From Myxococcota bacterium (GTDB taxonomy: Bacteria > Myxococcota_A > SURF-8): a stretch of 64,000 nucleotides of DNA. Positions 1 through 9,391 of the stretch are shown here, one piece after another. The stretch's first letter is position 1. The number at the start of each line of letters is the position of its first letter. The stretch covers positions 992,001 to 1,056,000 of the forward strand of contig OZ223209.1 of NCBI GenBank assembly GCA_965140415.1, read 5' to 3'. The position numbers were made by a program, and so were the translations under genes. The notes under the pieces were generated by a model, which saw only the letters and a program-made list of their open reading frames with translations, had not been told where the DNA came from and ran no database searches.

Positions 1-28
1 TCAGACTGTATAGATACCGTTGTTTCAT
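1..28 (-). CDS. 5' start of a gene running off the left edge (MKQRYLYSL...)
   Basis: Minus-strand ATG at 28 with a GGAGG RBS at 36-40, directly downstream of the ybgF-like gene. Confidence 0.45.
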
Positions 29-66
29 CCTGCCGCCTCCTGTTTTGGCTGACTGGCGCGCCCGCC

Positions 67-849
67 TCAGCTACCGTTCACCCGCTTGGCTGCTTCGCTT
101 TTCGGATGGCGCGTTTTTAATTCCCGCCAGGTTTCCTTGGCTTTGTCTTCGTTGCCCTGCTTCAAATAGCATTGACCGATGTAGTACAGCGCATCGGCTT
201 GCTTGTTCGATCCGCTTTGCGGTCCCAGTTTTCGAAACTCCGTTAAAGCGAGGTTCCACTCGCCCATTTCGAAAAAACTGACGCCGCTCCAGAATATTGC
301 GTTGTCCGTATACTCGTTCTTTTTGTACTTACGTTGGAAATCGGCAAACGCCTCTAAAGCGTCATTATACCTCTTTTGTCGGTAAAGCGCTAGTGCGTTC
401 CGATAATCCTGCACCAGTTTTCCAGGCGACACCGAAATTTCCGATTTCGCTCTAGGCTTTTTTTCCTTTTTATCCCAGTTGGAGATCAGAATCGGGTCGT
501 TTTTGGGTTCCGGTTGCTTGGCGACTTTCGGCTGCTGCGCTTTGGCTTGCGGCTTTTCAGCTTGCTTTTCCGGCACCAGCCTTACACGTTTCAGGCTCTG
601 CGGAGCTTTGGTGCGAACGCCCTGTTGCGTTCGTAACGCTTCCAACTGGTCCTGTGTCAGATACAGCCGATTATTCAATTCCTCGATGCGCACATGCGCA
701 TCGCTTAACTGCCTGTTCAACTCTGCAATCTGTGCCTGTTGGTCGTCCAAACGTGCAACAAGCTGCGCCTGCTGGCCACAACCGACGGCAATCAGCGTTA
801 CGCCGATCAACCAAACTCCCCAAAAACTGTACGCGATTCGATTCTTCAT
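67..849 (-). CDS. cpoB: Tol-Pal-associated TPR lipoprotein, YbgF/CpoB-like
   Basis: Lipobox IAVGC, N-terminal coiled coil, C-terminal TPRs (YTDNAIFWSG, KQADALYYIG, HPKSEAA) typical of YbgF. Confidence 0.75.
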   Translation of the reverse strand: MKNRIAYSFWGVWLIGVTLIAVGCGQQAQLVARLDDQQAQIAELNRQLSDAHVRIEELNNRLYLTQDQLEALRTQQGVRTKAPQSLKRVRLVPEKQAEKPQAKAQQPKVAKQPEPKNDPILISNWDKKEKKPRAKSEISVSPGKLVQDYRNALALYRQKRYNDALEAFADFQRKYKKNEYTDNAIFWSGVSFFEMGEWNLALTEFRKLGPQSGSNKQADALYYIGQCYLKQGNEDKAKETWRELKTRHPKSEAAKRVNGS

Positions 850-1001
850 ATTTATCGTTAAAAGAAATTAAATCTAATTTACTATAATTATATTGATTTT
901 AAATTGTTCGTCAAGCCTTTTTCCCTTGAATTTCACGGATGTGGAAGCACAGAAGCGCAATGCTCTGCCAAGGAAATAAGATCGATTCGAATTGTATTGG
1001 A

Positions 1002-3164
1002 TTATGGCAGGATTTCCAGTGCAGTCAATGTCTTACCCAGTGTCAAAAGCAGGATGCCCCGGCCCTGCAAGTCTCCTCCTTCACAGAGAGAGGTGGGGAT
1101 TTGTCCCTGCTGCACGTAGTGCGAACAAAGCGCAGTGGCAATGGCTCCGGCGGCTGGATGTTGCCCCAACGTGTCGCGCAGATTCCAGACCGGCCCCGAA
1201 AATCCACTTTGTTGCAGGAATGCAGCTTTTTGCTTTTGACCACTTTCGCGATCTGCTGCCGGGATATTCAGAACCAGTGCGCCATAGCGCTTTACAATGG
1301 TATCGACTCCGCCAAGTTGCCGGATAAGCTCGGCGATGGCATCCGTTTTTCGTGCGGAAAGACAGGCCACGATGCCCAAACGCAGACCGGAATCGATTTC
1401 CGATGGAACGAGCAGCAGCGAACCGCCACCGTCGCTGGGTTTGGATTCATTGGCGAAGGATTCGTCGAAGCGCGGTGAGAGCGTCGGGTGGTATTCGTCC
1501 GCGCCGATCAAACAGAGCGGCTTGTCCGCTTCTGCCAGCAGGGTGGCACTCAAGACGGCCTGCTCGAAGGACGTATCCCCGCCGGTCAGGGTCACGTTGT
1601 GTCCCTTGGCGGAGAGCAGTAATGCCGCCTGTCCCGCCGGAGCATTGTGCACCGAGCCGATGAAATCGGTGGGGCTGGCGAGCTTTTCGCCGGAGTTGAA
1701 CAGCTTGATCAGGAAATCATGCGTTTCCGATAACGGTCCCCAGGCCGTCCCGAAATAAATTGCATCCAGCGCTTGTTCGGGATCTACCGTCATTTTGGCC
1801 TGCATCGCCAGCGCCATCACCAACCGGGAAAGCCGTTTCAGGCGGCGAATCTGCCGGGGTGGGAGGTTTTTCGTTAACGAGGCATCCTCGACGAGCCCCT
1901 TTAAACTTTCATTTCCTTCGATTGCCGCCAGGCTCGCATCGAGATCGCCTTGTGCCGTCAAGCAGGAAGCGCCCAGAATTCTCAGCCAACGCCGGTTGGA
2001 ATTCGACTCGATTGGGCGCGATGTACTGGACGATTGCACTACCAGCGCCGCGTTATTGCCGCCGAAACCGAAGGAATTGGAAAGGACTGTGTTTATCGGT
2101 CGCGTTTGCGATTCGCGTAGGGGGTCCAGTTGCAATTCCGGGTCGAGAACGTTCAAGCCGATATTCGCCGGAAGAAAGCCGTTCTTGATGCACAAGGCCG
2201 ATACCACCGCTTCCATGGCTCCCGCCGCACCCAGCGAATGTCCGGTCATGCCTTTGATCGAGGAGACCGGCAATGCACGAGCGCCGAACAGACGCGCCAC
2301 CGCGCGGCCTTCTGCCTGATCGTTATTGGGCGTACCGGTGCCGTGCAGGTTGACGTAGTCCACGTTTTCCGGCGTCAGTCCGGCATCGGTCAGGGCCGCT
2401 TGCATGGCGGTTTGTGCGCCTTCGCCCTCCGGATGAGGCGCTGTGGCGTGGTGCGCGTCGCAACTCAAGCCACCGCCGGAAATGCAGGCCAGTGCGCCTT
2501 CGGGTTCGCTGTCGCTTCCCTCCAGCAACACAAACGCCGCCGCCTCACCGATACTCATTCCCTGTCGTTCGGTGTCCAAGGGACGGCAGCCTTCCGGGTC
2601 CAGTAGTTGCAAGGAATTGAACCCATGGTAGATGAAACGGCAAAGCCCGTCTGCACCTCCGGCCAGTACGCGCCTGGCCAGACCGTTGCGTATCAATTCG
2701 AGTGCCAGTTTGATTGCAGAGGCTCCGCTGCTGCAAGCGGTGGAAACGGTCAGAACCGGTCCGTTGCAGCCGAGTTTTTCAGCCAATAGCGCGGCAACCG
2801 TGCCTGCTCCATGAAAGCGATAAGCTGCCGGGTCTTCCACCTGATCGCGAATACGACATTCACTGTCGGGCATGCCACCTGTCGTGGTGCCGATCACAAT
2901 GGCGTCCGGGGGATTTTCAGATAATGCCGAAATCTGTTGCACTGCGGCCCAGGCCAGCCGATGCGTCATGGGCCATTCGGCCTGTTCGGCGGGAGGATCT
3001 AAGATTTCCCCTACCAGTTGCGCCTGTGCATCCACCAAAGGGAAGCGAGAAAGTGGTGTTAACGCACGGGTTCCGTGTTGCAGTGATTTTGCGGTGGCTG
3101 TGAGACCTGCGCCAAGCGGCGAGACGATCCCGACATCGGTGATGAACACACGTAGCTGGGTCAT
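1002..3164 (-). CDS. Fused beta-ketoacyl-ACP synthase (FabF-like KS) plus chain-length-factor-like domain
   Basis: N-half has STACSSG, HGTGT, GHSLGAAG, NSFGFGG; C-half has RR(L)xRLSR and FIGSVHNAPAG without the catalytic Cys. Confidence 0.85.
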   Translation of the reverse strand: MTQLRVFITDVGIVSPLGAGLTATAKSLQHGTRALTPLSRFPLVDAQAQLVGEILDPPAEQAEWPMTHRLAWAAVQQISALSENPPDAIVIGTTTGGMPDSECRIRDQVEDPAAYRFHGAGTVAALLAEKLGCNGPVLTVSTACSSGASAIKLALELIRNGLARRVLAGGADGLCRFIYHGFNSLQLLDPEGCRPLDTERQGMSIGEAAAFVLLEGSDSEPEGALACISGGGLSCDAHHATAPHPEGEGAQTAMQAALTDAGLTPENVDYVNLHGTGTPNNDQAEGRAVARLFGARALPVSSIKGMTGHSLGAAGAMEAVVSALCIKNGFLPANIGLNVLDPELQLDPLRESQTRPINTVLSNSFGFGGNNAALVVQSSSTSRPIESNSNRRWLRILGASCLTAQGDLDASLAAIEGNESLKGLVEDASLTKNLPPRQIRRLKRLSRLVMALAMQAKMTVDPEQALDAIYFGTAWGPLSETHDFLIKLFNSGEKLASPTDFIGSVHNAPAGQAALLLSAKGHNVTLTGGDTSFEQAVLSATLLAEADKPLCLIGADEYHPTLSPRFDESFANESKPSDGGGSLLLVPSEIDSGLRLGIVACLSARKTDAIAELIRQLGGVDTIVKRYGALVLNIPAADRESGQKQKAAFLQQSGFSGPVWNLRDTLGQHPAAGAIATALCSHYVQQGQIPTSLCEGGDLQGRGILLLTLGKTLTALEILP

Positions 3165-3424
3165 GAAGCCTGATTGTTCAGATGGTTCTGGACGAAAGCG
3201 GCCATGCTTGCAAAGGAGCGAAAGACCTGCTCGCCTTCTTCTTTGCTGTCGATCTTGACGCCGTAATCCTGTTCCAACAGCATTACCAGTTCCAGAATAT
3301 CGATGGAATCTATTCCCAAAGAACCGCCGACCAATGGTTCATCTTCGGAAACGTTTTCCGGGCTGATATCCGAAATATTCAAGACATCCAGAACCTTGTG
3401 TTTTAATTCGTCCACAAGTTGCAT
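3161..3424 (-). CDS. Acyl carrier protein (aryl-polyene/flexirubin-type)
   Basis: 87 aa, acidic, GIDSIDILEL phosphopantetheine site; 4-bp overlap with the KS gene. Confidence 0.9.
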   Translation of the reverse strand: MQLVDELKHKVLDVLNISDISPENVSEDEPLVGGSLGIDSIDILELVMLLEQDYGVKIDSKEEGEQVFRSFASMAAFVQNHLNNQAS

Positions 3425-3545
3425 GATGCGGATTCCTTTTTCTCTGCCGAATGAATTGCACCAGGCGATTTCTTAGTGAAAGCAAGCCACGCTTTTAGAA
3501 GTGCAGCCGCTTCCGTGCAATTCGAGCGATGGAGTCGTCGATTCC

Positions 3546-3800
3546 TTAGAGCAGACGCTGAATGTACTCGGCGATGGCCTCTACGTTGGTCAGTCCGGGA
3601 TAATCGTCTTCATCGATCGTAATGTCGAATTCATCCTGCAACACCAGGACCACTGTCGTCAGGTCCATGCTGTCAATGCCCAATTCGTCTACCAGATCGA
3701 GTTTCACATCGAAGGTTTCCGGGGTTACGTCTTCCAACTTCAGTTCGTTGATGATGACTTCCGCCACTTTCAGGCTGATGGTGTTGAGATCCTGACTCAT
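3546..3800 (-). CDS. Acyl carrier protein
   Basis: LGIDSMDL motif; start moved to ATG 3800 because of an AGGAG RBS. Confidence 0.9.
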   Translation of the reverse strand: MSQDLNTISLKVAEVIINELKLEDVTPETFDVKLDLVDELGIDSMDLTTVVLVLQDEFDITIDEDDYPGLTNVEAIAEYIQRLL

Positions 3801-3906
3801 GTCTCCTGCTTTCCTTTCCTCAATCCTGTCATAATCATCGGATGCCGTTTTCAATACTCAATCCGGCAGCCGGCAATTCCAACATAAGAACCACGTTCGA
3901 TTTGGT

Positions 3907-4329
3907 TCAATTATTCGATTCCGTAGAAGTGCGCATGACCTGCAATTCCGCCACGCCCACGCATTTCGATTCTGTATTTACTTGTCCTTTGTAGACGGCA
4001 TACGTTCCACGCCCGCCTACCTGTTCGACGGTTACCGTCAGTTGTTCTCCAACCGTTAAAACCGGTTCGAAAAACTCGGCGTTTTTAATGCCGACCAACA
4101 TTCCTCCCTGCGGTTCCTCTTCGTCGTAAAATTCGACGCCCACCGCCAGCCCTGCCGTCTGAGCGATCAGTTCGACGATCAGCAGCGATGGTGTTTCTCC
4201 GCTTTCAACCAGCGGCCATTGTTCGGACACCTGCGTTTGAGCGATGCAATGTCCGGTTTGCACCTTTACGATGCGTTGCAATAGCAGCATCCGGTCGCGA
4301 TGTGGAAGCAACTCTTCAATGGTCGGCAT
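3907..4329 (-). CDS. Hotdog-fold 3-hydroxyacyl-ACP dehydratase (FabZ/ApeP-like)
   Basis: LLPHRDRMLLL and ELIAQT motifs. Confidence 0.8.
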   Translation of the reverse strand: MPTIEELLPHRDRMLLLQRIVKVQTGHCIAQTQVSEQWPLVESGETPSLLIVELIAQTAGLAVGVEFYDEEEPQGGMLVGIKNAEFFEPVLTVGEQLTVTVEQVGGRGTYAVYKGQVNTESKCVGVAELQVMRTSTESNN

Positions 4330-4717
4330 GAACCGTCCTTTCCGAGTGTGCTTGGTCCGTGAAAACCGCCAGTCCCGAAGCTACCAAATTTTCAGCCTGA
4401 CGGATTTCGAAAGCAACCGTTGGCAAAGACGCCTGCTTTTGCCACAATAGCCGAAATTCCAAAACAGCACCAGGTCTTAACATCTGTTTAAAGCGCACGC
4501 GCTTAATCGAAACGAGCCTTGCGTCCGGATTTTCACTACCAGCCTGCAAAATCAGCGCTTGTTGCAACAGCGCAAGCAACGCGACTCCCGGAAAGATGGG
4601 ATCTTCCGGGAAGTGACCCGAAAACCAGGGAGAATCCACAGGAATCGTGTAGCGGTAGCCCTGCCCGGAAGGCAAGGGTTGCAACTCGTTTCGATCGATC
4701 CAACTCTGGTTTGGCAT
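4316..4717 (-). CDS. Hotdog-fold dehydratase (FabA/FabZ/ApeI-like)
   Basis: FSGHFPEDPIFPGV and RVRFKQMLRPG; start at ATG 4717 with an AGGTGG RBS. Confidence 0.8.
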   Translation of the reverse strand: MPNQSWIDRNELQPLPSGQGYRYTIPVDSPWFSGHFPEDPIFPGVALLALLQQALILQAGSENPDARLVSIKRVRFKQMLRPGAVLEFRLLWQKQASLPTVAFEIRQAENLVASGLAVFTDQAHSERTVHADH

Positions 4718-4885
4718 ATCCCACCTGCATCGTAAAAGCAGGGCTTTCGTCCCGTTTTTCTTACATGAAATCGGCCAATACGGACAGCGAGCCGCTTGTT
4801 TTTCACAATGCAAAAATCCAGTAAAACCGGAGTTTCCAATACCGGATCTTGTCTCTAGCATGACGGCACCACTCTGTCAACGGAT

Positions 4886-6205
4886 TTAGCCGCCGAAGGT
4901 CAGATGCGCCATGATCACAGCCATGGTTAAACCTGCGGCATCCGCCAACAATGCGGCTGCCACTGCATGACGTGGACGGGTGATGCCCACCGCACCGAAA
5001 TACACGGCCAGGACATAGAATGTCGTTTCCGTGCTGCCTTGCATGATGCTCGCCAAATACGAGGAGAAGCTGTCCGGTGCATTTGCAACGATTTCGCTCA
5101 TCACGCCGAAAGCTCCCGAGCCGGAAAGGGGACGCATCAGCGCCATGGGTAACACGTCTGCGGGAATGCCCAGCGCCTGGGTCAACGGCGCGGCGAGATC
5201 CGCGAAAAAGGCAAAGGCTCCGCTGGCTTTGAACATGCCGATGGCCACCAGAATCATCACTAAAAACGGGATGATACGCAAGGCTACCTGAAGACCTTCC
5301 TTGGCGCCTTCGGTGGCGACTTCGTAGACTTTGACGCCGCGTAAATAACCGAAAACCAGAATGGCCAGCATAATCAACGGAATCACCCAGTATTGCAGGA
5401 CTTCGTCTTTAAACGACACCAATTCGCCCTGCTGGATCGCCTCCGAAACGCGGAACAGAACAATGGCCAATGCCGAACCGATGCCCAGGCCCATGATATA
5501 TTTTCCCAGCTTGCCGGGGGGAATCAACGGCTCGGTGTTCGTGTCTTCAATAACTGTATCTAGCTGATCTTGTTCGCTATTATCAGATGACACCTGAGTA
5601 CTGGCAGTCGCGGGGGATTTGCGGGCCAGCAGTTTGGCCGCAATAATACCCACCAGGGTGCTGGTCACTGTGGCGACAATTCCCGGTACGATGATCGACG
5701 CCGGGTCGCTGGCTCCGGCGGCGGCGCGCACGCCGATCACGCCCAGCGGTAAAATCGTGACGCTGCTGGTATTGATCGCCAGAAACAGGCACATCGCGTT
5801 CGTGGCTTCACCCGCCTTGGGATTGAGCTTGTTCAACTCAATCATTCCTTTAATACCTAGTGGTGTCGCGGCGTTACCCAAGCCCAACATGTTGGCGGCA
5901 ATATTCATGATCATGGCTGCCATGGCCGGATGTTCGGGGGGAACTTCGGGAAAAAGGCGCACCATCAAGGGGCGGATCGCACGGGCGATCATCCGCATCA
6001 GGCCGCCCGCTTCGGCGACTTTCATCAGGCCCAGCCAGAACGCCATGACGCCGATCAGCTTGATTGCCAGATTGACCGCGCTCTTGGCGGCATCGAAAGA
6101 GGCGTTGGTTACCGCTTCCATGCTGCCGTTGGCCATGCCTACGAGAATGGCGATGACGATCAGCCACAGCCAGATTGCATTGATTGCCGCAGGTTTCTGC
6201 TTCAT
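4886..6205 (-). CDS. SpmA/SpmB fused membrane protein (nucleoside recognition gate domain)
   Basis: ANMLGLGNAATPLG (SpmA) and MRPLSGSG / GSTETTFYV (SpmB) motifs. Confidence 0.9.
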   Translation of the reverse strand: MKQKPAAINAIWLWLIVIAILVGMANGSMEAVTNASFDAAKSAVNLAIKLIGVMAFWLGLMKVAEAGGLMRMIARAIRPLMVRLFPEVPPEHPAMAAMIMNIAANMLGLGNAATPLGIKGMIELNKLNPKAGEATNAMCLFLAINTSSVTILPLGVIGVRAAAGASDPASIIVPGIVATVTSTLVGIIAAKLLARKSPATASTQVSSDNSEQDQLDTVIEDTNTEPLIPPGKLGKYIMGLGIGSALAIVLFRVSEAIQQGELVSFKDEVLQYWVIPLIMLAILVFGYLRGVKVYEVATEGAKEGLQVALRIIPFLVMILVAIGMFKASGAFAFFADLAAPLTQALGIPADVLPMALMRPLSGSGAFGVMSEIVANAPDSFSSYLASIMQGSTETTFYVLAVYFGAVGITRPRHAVAAALLADAAGLTMAVIMAHLTFGG

Positions 6206-6314
6206 ATCTACCCCTGCCGTTCGACTCAAGATGGGCCATTATACCCAGTTTGTTATGGTATGCCAGTAGGAAAACGGGTGAGATTCCACAAAGAATGCAG
6301 GGTGGGGAGGGATT

Positions 6315-6465
6315 GGCTGTATCACTGGATATCGCAATTAACTTTAAAAGGGGTGTCATGGGCGAAGCGAAGAGAAACGGAGCTTGCCCATGCGAAACTC
6401 AAACACGGGCAAGCCTTCGACTTAGCCCGTGTCACCCTGAAATCAAGCAGGTGTGCAATATGTAG
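6315..6465. repeat. Dispersed structured repeat, copy 1 (MITE/REPIN-like)
   Basis: Core GCGAAGAGAA..GCTTGCCCATG..AACACGGGCAAGCC..CTTAGC..CACCC.GAAA shared with the copies at ~26008 and ~60678. Confidence 0.8.
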
Positions 6466-6490
6466 TATTGAACTTGGAAGCTATTCGATC

Positions 6491-7102
6491 TTAGTTCGTA
6501 AAGCCAAGATCCTCTACTTTGCGCACGCGGCTGCGTTTGCGTTGTTCACGCTGTTTCTGTCGGACCCGCTGCTGAATCATTCTACGGTTCTGTTCGGATT
6601 GCTGTCGTTCGAAGGAATTTCGATCGTGCGCGTTGTTGTAACTGCGTCTGGAGCGATTCAGGGGCAGGTAGTCGTCCTCTGAATCTTGTTTGTTGATGAT
6701 GTTGACTTCCGGCAGATCGGCGGGACGGCTTTGGTTCCGATAGCGTGGGGGGATATCGTCTATGGAATTGGTGTAATGTACGGTGCCGTGGACATCCACC
6801 CAGGTATAAAGTTTTCCCGGTCCTTTGGAAGGTCTGGTCTGCACCCTTTTCGGAGGTTCCGGCACGAAGATGTTGTGGTCCGGGTCTTTTGAAACTTCAG
6901 GTTCCTTTTCGCCCTCTCCGGGTAATCGAACTCCGGGCACGGCACCGGTGCTGAGCACCTTGATGCTCTCCATCAGTGCACCAAATTGCGAGAAATACTC
7001 GTCATCTCCTTTGCGCAGCTCGTCCGGGTCCATTGCTTTGGTCGTATGGAAATAATAGACCAATAGCGTCATGAGCAGAATAATGAAAAGCAGGACTTTC
7101 AA
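6491..7102 (-). CDS. Exported DUF4124-like domain protein
   Basis: N-terminal TM/signal; LYTWVDVHGTVHYTN..IPPRY motif; AGGAGG RBS before the TTG start. Confidence 0.75.
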   Translation of the reverse strand: MKVLLFIILLMTLLVYYFHTTKAMDPDELRKGDDEYFSQFGALMESIKVLSTGAVPGVRLPGEGEKEPEVSKDPDHNIFVPEPPKRVQTRPSKGPGKLYTWVDVHGTVHYTNSIDDIPPRYRNQSRPADLPEVNIINKQDSEDDYLPLNRSRRSYNNAHDRNSFERQQSEQNRRMIQQRVRQKQREQRKRSRVRKVEDLGFTN

Positions 7103-7200
7103 AAAACGCCTCCTTTTCGACGTTGAACACTTACATTTCTATTGTGCGCGAAATAAAAGTGACCTTCAAGGCATTTCATGCCGACCATGCATTTTTTACG

Positions 7201-9279
7201 TTAAAATTCCCAACTTAAATCCAGATCCGCTTTGACATCCCACACCGATTCCAGGTTGGGGAAGTAACGCGCGCTGGGTTGAACGGTTTTGCGGATGCCG
7301 AACTGGAAGGAAAGCAGTTGCACCGGACGCAGCCGGGCCAGGGCGATGAACATGGTGTTGTCCGCCGTGGGATCGAAAACGTTCTTGGCCGAATCGACGT
7401 TGACCTTGTAGTACGTTGCCGAAATCTGGAAGTATTTGGTGGCCGGAATTTCGAGATGCAACAGGAAATTGCCGTTGTCTTTTCCGTTGGCTCCATCAAA
7501 GGCCAGGGTGAATCCGACGTAGTCCAGCAAGGCATAGGAGAATTCAACGTAGGCCCCGAAATGTTCCCAGTCGGACGGGCGGTTGTGGAATTCCAAGTAT
7601 TTCGATGTGGCGGTGTAATCCGTGGTGCTTTTATTGTTTGCCGGTTTGTTCTGACTGAACCATTTGAACTTGGCGATTTCATAGAAGGAGTCGAAATAGC
7701 TGGGCGTGTAGTTGTCCTGGAAGGTGCGGAATTCCACACGCAGCCGCATGGCCTGCCGGATTTTACTGTAGAGATTGAAGCGCCCCAACAATCCCAAAGA
7801 GACACCCGCTCCGTTGTGCAGCCATTTGGTGTAGTCGGCATAGACTTTTACATCGACTTTTGGCTGCTCCACCGGCCAGCGCACTACTTTTAACTCGGCA
7901 TCCACACCGAAGAAATGAATGTCGGTGCTGTCGTAGATGTAGCTGTTATCCGAGTTGCGCCGATTGGAAACGACGGTATTGGGGGCGTCCCAGTCGGTCA
8001 TGTAGGTGAAACCCAACGAGAAACTTTCCGCCATCCAGCTATCGCTGAAAAACGATCCCGGTTTCAGGAAGAATAGACCGCCGACGATGTTGGCTCGCGT
8101 AATGTCATTGGTGTAGAGTTCCACGCCGCCGTATTTGGAATAGGCATCGAATTCGCCACTGACACGCGTCTGGAAATAGTCGAGGTTGGGCAGATAGCGT
8201 TTCATGATGATGCCATGCCCGAGCGACGCCGCATAGACGCGGTTGATGTTCAAATACAGGTTGTCTTCCTTGCGCCCGAATTGAATGTAGCGGATGACCT
8301 GGAAGAAGTCGCGCCAGTTATCCCAATCCTCGCTGCGGATTTTGATGTCGAACTTGTCCAGTTTCCCGTTATCGTCCTGATCCTCACCACTGAAGATTTG
8401 TAAATTCAACGGGATACCGAAGCCGAGGCGCAGTTTGCTGTCCTTGGTGATGTCGTCGGGGAAGAAGCGCAAATCGACCTGTGGTTCGATATGCGCGTAA
8501 TGGTTGAAGCCCAACCGGCGATAACCCAGAACAACGCCAGCACGATCATTTAATGGGATGATCTCCAGCGGACCGATGGTCGTCAGTTCGCCTTTGTAGA
8601 AACGTTCTTCTTTGGCCTGCTGCTCGCCTTCGGTTACACCTTCGGCAACCTCGCCGACCGGAATGGCGTCGACTTCCATCGGTTGTTGCTGCGGCGTGAC
8701 TGACAGCGCCAGTTCCTGCACCGCAGTTTTGAGCGGTTCGTCTAGCGTCATATCCGCCGGGATTTCCTGACTCTTTTTACCCAGCACGGTTCCACTGTTG
8801 GCATCCAGCATGATCAATGAAATCCGGACCTGATCGCCTTTTTTACGAATGTCTCCGGTCAAGACCCAGTCGGCTCCCAGTCCGCGTCCGGCCTGCACGC
8901 TGCATTCCATCGAGTAGCAACTCACGAAGGGCTTGCCCGCATCGCTGGCCAAGAAGGTTTGGGTTTCCTGCTTGCTGATGCCACGCTGGCCGCTTTGCAA
9001 CAACCCGCTTTGCAGGGTATCTTCGATTTCGCCGTCGGCGGTTTTGGTGTTTACGCCATAGCTGGTCAGGTGGATCACCGCAACCAGTTTCGGCGTTGCT
9101 GCCTCCGGACTCGTCGCTGCGGCTTCGTCCGTTGCAACCGCCTGGTCCGTTTGCTGGGCATCGGCATCGGGCATAGCGATGATGAACGCCATCCATGCCA
9201 AAACCAGGCACGAAAGCAGAATAATCTTGTGGCACGACGCAACAGGTAAGTGCATGATCGTTTCTCTCCCCGGTAGCAT
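7201..9279 (-). CDS. Exported protein: N-terminal DUF2380/TolB-N-like domain and putative outer-membrane beta-barrel
   Basis: Signal peptide; CYSMECSVQAGRGLGADWVLTG domain; alternating aromatic strands; terminal DLSWEF. Confidence 0.65.
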   Translation of the reverse strand: MLPGRETIMHLPVASCHKIILLSCLVLAWMAFIIAMPDADAQQTDQAVATDEAAATSPEAATPKLVAVIHLTSYGVNTKTADGEIEDTLQSGLLQSGQRGISKQETQTFLASDAGKPFVSCYSMECSVQAGRGLGADWVLTGDIRKKGDQVRISLIMLDANSGTVLGKKSQEIPADMTLDEPLKTAVQELALSVTPQQQPMEVDAIPVGEVAEGVTEGEQQAKEERFYKGELTTIGPLEIIPLNDRAGVVLGYRRLGFNHYAHIEPQVDLRFFPDDITKDSKLRLGFGIPLNLQIFSGEDQDDNGKLDKFDIKIRSEDWDNWRDFFQVIRYIQFGRKEDNLYLNINRVYAASLGHGIIMKRYLPNLDYFQTRVSGEFDAYSKYGGVELYTNDITRANIVGGLFFLKPGSFFSDSWMAESFSLGFTYMTDWDAPNTVVSNRRNSDNSYIYDSTDIHFFGVDAELKVVRWPVEQPKVDVKVYADYTKWLHNGAGVSLGLLGRFNLYSKIRQAMRLRVEFRTFQDNYTPSYFDSFYEIAKFKWFSQNKPANNKSTTDYTATSKYLEFHNRPSDWEHFGAYVEFSYALLDYVGFTLAFDGANGKDNGNFLLHLEIPATKYFQISATYYKVNVDSAKNVFDPTADNTMFIALARLRPVQLLSFQFGIRKTVQPSARYFPNLESVWDVKADLDLSWEF

Positions 9280-9391
9280 CCGTTTTCCCAGCGTTCTTTA
9301 TAACATACCCGACCGTATCAGGGCCAGCACGAAATTCAGTGAGAATTCGACGGGTAATGTAAAGCCTACAGTGTAATCTTAAAATCCCTGC

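Noticed and set aside
1070..1105. Possible REP-like insert at the KS-CLF C-terminus
   Set aside because: Weak palindrome, single copy, compatible with ordinary coding sequence
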